A DNA stretch of 64,000 nucleotides, from positions 1,116,001 through 1,180,000 of the forward strand of contig NC_043026.1 of the NCBI RefSeq assembly GCF_006345805.1. The letters run 5' to 3'. This stretch comes from Octopus sinensis (lineage: Eukaryota). The notes under the pieces are model-generated. The model made no database searches, was not told the origin of the DNA, and saw nothing but the letters and a program-made list of their open reading frames with translations. Both the position numbers and the translations under genes were made by a program. This document shows positions 62,301-64,000 of this stretch, one piece after another. The stretch's first letter is position 1. Each line of letters opens with the position of its first letter.

Positions 62301-64000
62301 TCTATTGATGTGTGTATATGATGGACTCGTAAGTGATGATAAGTAGAGTTGTTTAACTTGAAATCAACTTCGATTAACAAAACGTACCACCAAAGGCATT
62401 CCAGCCAGGACCATCCTTTTTTTTTTTTCTTTTACTAAATCTAGGACTACATAATGCAATGTCTTTATTAAGACGATGGGTGTGATATCTTTATCAAGCA
62501 ACCACGTAGGCGGAAGTTTGTGGTAGTGTATATGTCGGGTCAGGGTGTTGCTGTTTTTGGCCTACGTGGAGGGGAATAAAGTGGATGAGAATAGGGTAGG
62601 TGGTGAGTTGTATGGTTCGGCTACAGGTGAACAAGAACGGGTGCTTAAGAGAGGATGAAAGAGTGACCTGATGAATTGAATAGAATATGACTATTGTCTT
62701 TTTTGCTTTTGTTGGTTATTTTTTTTTACAGTATATCACTCGAGTGCAAGCCTATTTGGATATAGTGACTATGTGGTTGGATGTCATTTAGCTCCAAGTC
62801 AAAATTGTTTGAGCGTAGGCTTGATGGGTGTCCAAATGTGTTTTGTGAGAATACTTTTTACGCAGAGGTAAAGTGATATGGATTGGATGAAGAGACGTGT
62901 GACCGGTGTAGTGGTCGTAGGACCCGTGATGGAGGCGGGGGTGAGATCTCTGAAGAAGGAATGGAATGTAGGGTTACAGGTGGAAGAATAAAAGAAATTA
63001 AGTTCAGAATTGGAGCGAACTGAATGAAAGTGATAAACTTATGAGGTGATGCGAGAGGGTGGCGATAAAACGTGATGTAGAGTAGTGGGGGGGAAGGAGA
63101 TTATGTTGCTTGGTACCAGACCAGCTCCAGTCGTGACCACACTGTCTTTTAGTATCTAAAACTACGTTATGGAATGTAAACTGTTTCTTTTGTGAAAGAT
63201 GTTAGAGTGTGTGTTGGGGGAACGGTAACTGTTATTTCTACTTACAGGTCATGTCACCGCATAAGTGGATCACCAGTTGGTTCGGAATGGTAAAAGGTAG
63301 CTGAGGAATGAATGGGTGGGTGGGTGCATGAGGTGAGCGAATTGAATTGAAGGCGACGAGGTGTAGTGTGAGGTTACAGAGGTTGAATACAGAAGGGAAA
63401 TGATTTAAGAAACATGTATGTTTGTGTGTGTTAGACTATAACGTGTGAAAGAAAATACTATGTTTGTTTGAAAAGTCTTTCTATGCACAACAGGTATTTT
63501 GTGTTTTGAAAAGAATATATGACAGGGAAGGAAGGAAGGGTATGTTACGATTTTAGAAGGTACAGTATCGTACAAATTGCTTGACAGGTCGACGAAAGAA
63601 TGAATGACATTAGGTTAGACTGAGGAAGACAGATAAATGAGGAGGTGACTCCAGATAGAGTCAGGTCAAGCAACAAGCACTACGTAGTAAGCTATGTCTG
63701 CTGGCCAAACAATCCAGCGCACCAAATGAATTGGACGAGAACAAAATATAAATCTGTCAAGGCAAATTACCGAAGGATGAGAAATTAAGACTACAGATTT
63801 TTATAATAACAATAATTCTTGACGAAATACAAATGCTAGTTGTCGGTGTACAGTCGGTAATTATATCTGTTGATACTTTATTTTATCGACACCGGTTTTT
63901 CCTATAGGCACAAAGCATAAATTCCAATTTTATTATTATTATTGAAGGGGTCAGGGAGAAAAAAGGGCATTTATTATTATTAATATTATAACGACCTTTC

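Overview
AT-rich, microsatellite-dense eukaryotic DNA whose SINE/LINE repertoire resembles an Octopus (coleoid cephalopod) genome; this assignment is inferred, not verified. One host gene is supported: the 5' part of a Golgi alpha-mannosidase II (GH38, MAN2A-like) on the minus strand. It has three phase-compatible coding exons (61311-61186, 16581-16273, 6652-6505), a 44.6 kb intron 1, a 9.6 kb intron 2, and continues beyond the left edge. The introns are a transposon graveyard: near-full-length RTE LINE, RTE-X-like LINE with a PHD finger, truncated Gypsy, two Penelope GIY-YIG remnants, R4/Dong-, HERO- and Tx1-like fragments, mariner/Tc1/DD41D, a piggyBac derivative, a Helitron, a MITE and four SINE families. 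The most notable hidden layer is a set of type I hammerhead ribozyme motifs: two with complete cores, four single- or double-mutant, and several decayed. They sit in Penelope pseudo-LTR/retrozyme-like units with direct-plus-inverted repeat architecture, several in the sense of the host pre-mRNA. Also present are long fold-back structures, a 14-bp variant-coded minisatellite open in all three + frames, and an old ~0.83 kb degenerate tandem array of unknown origin.
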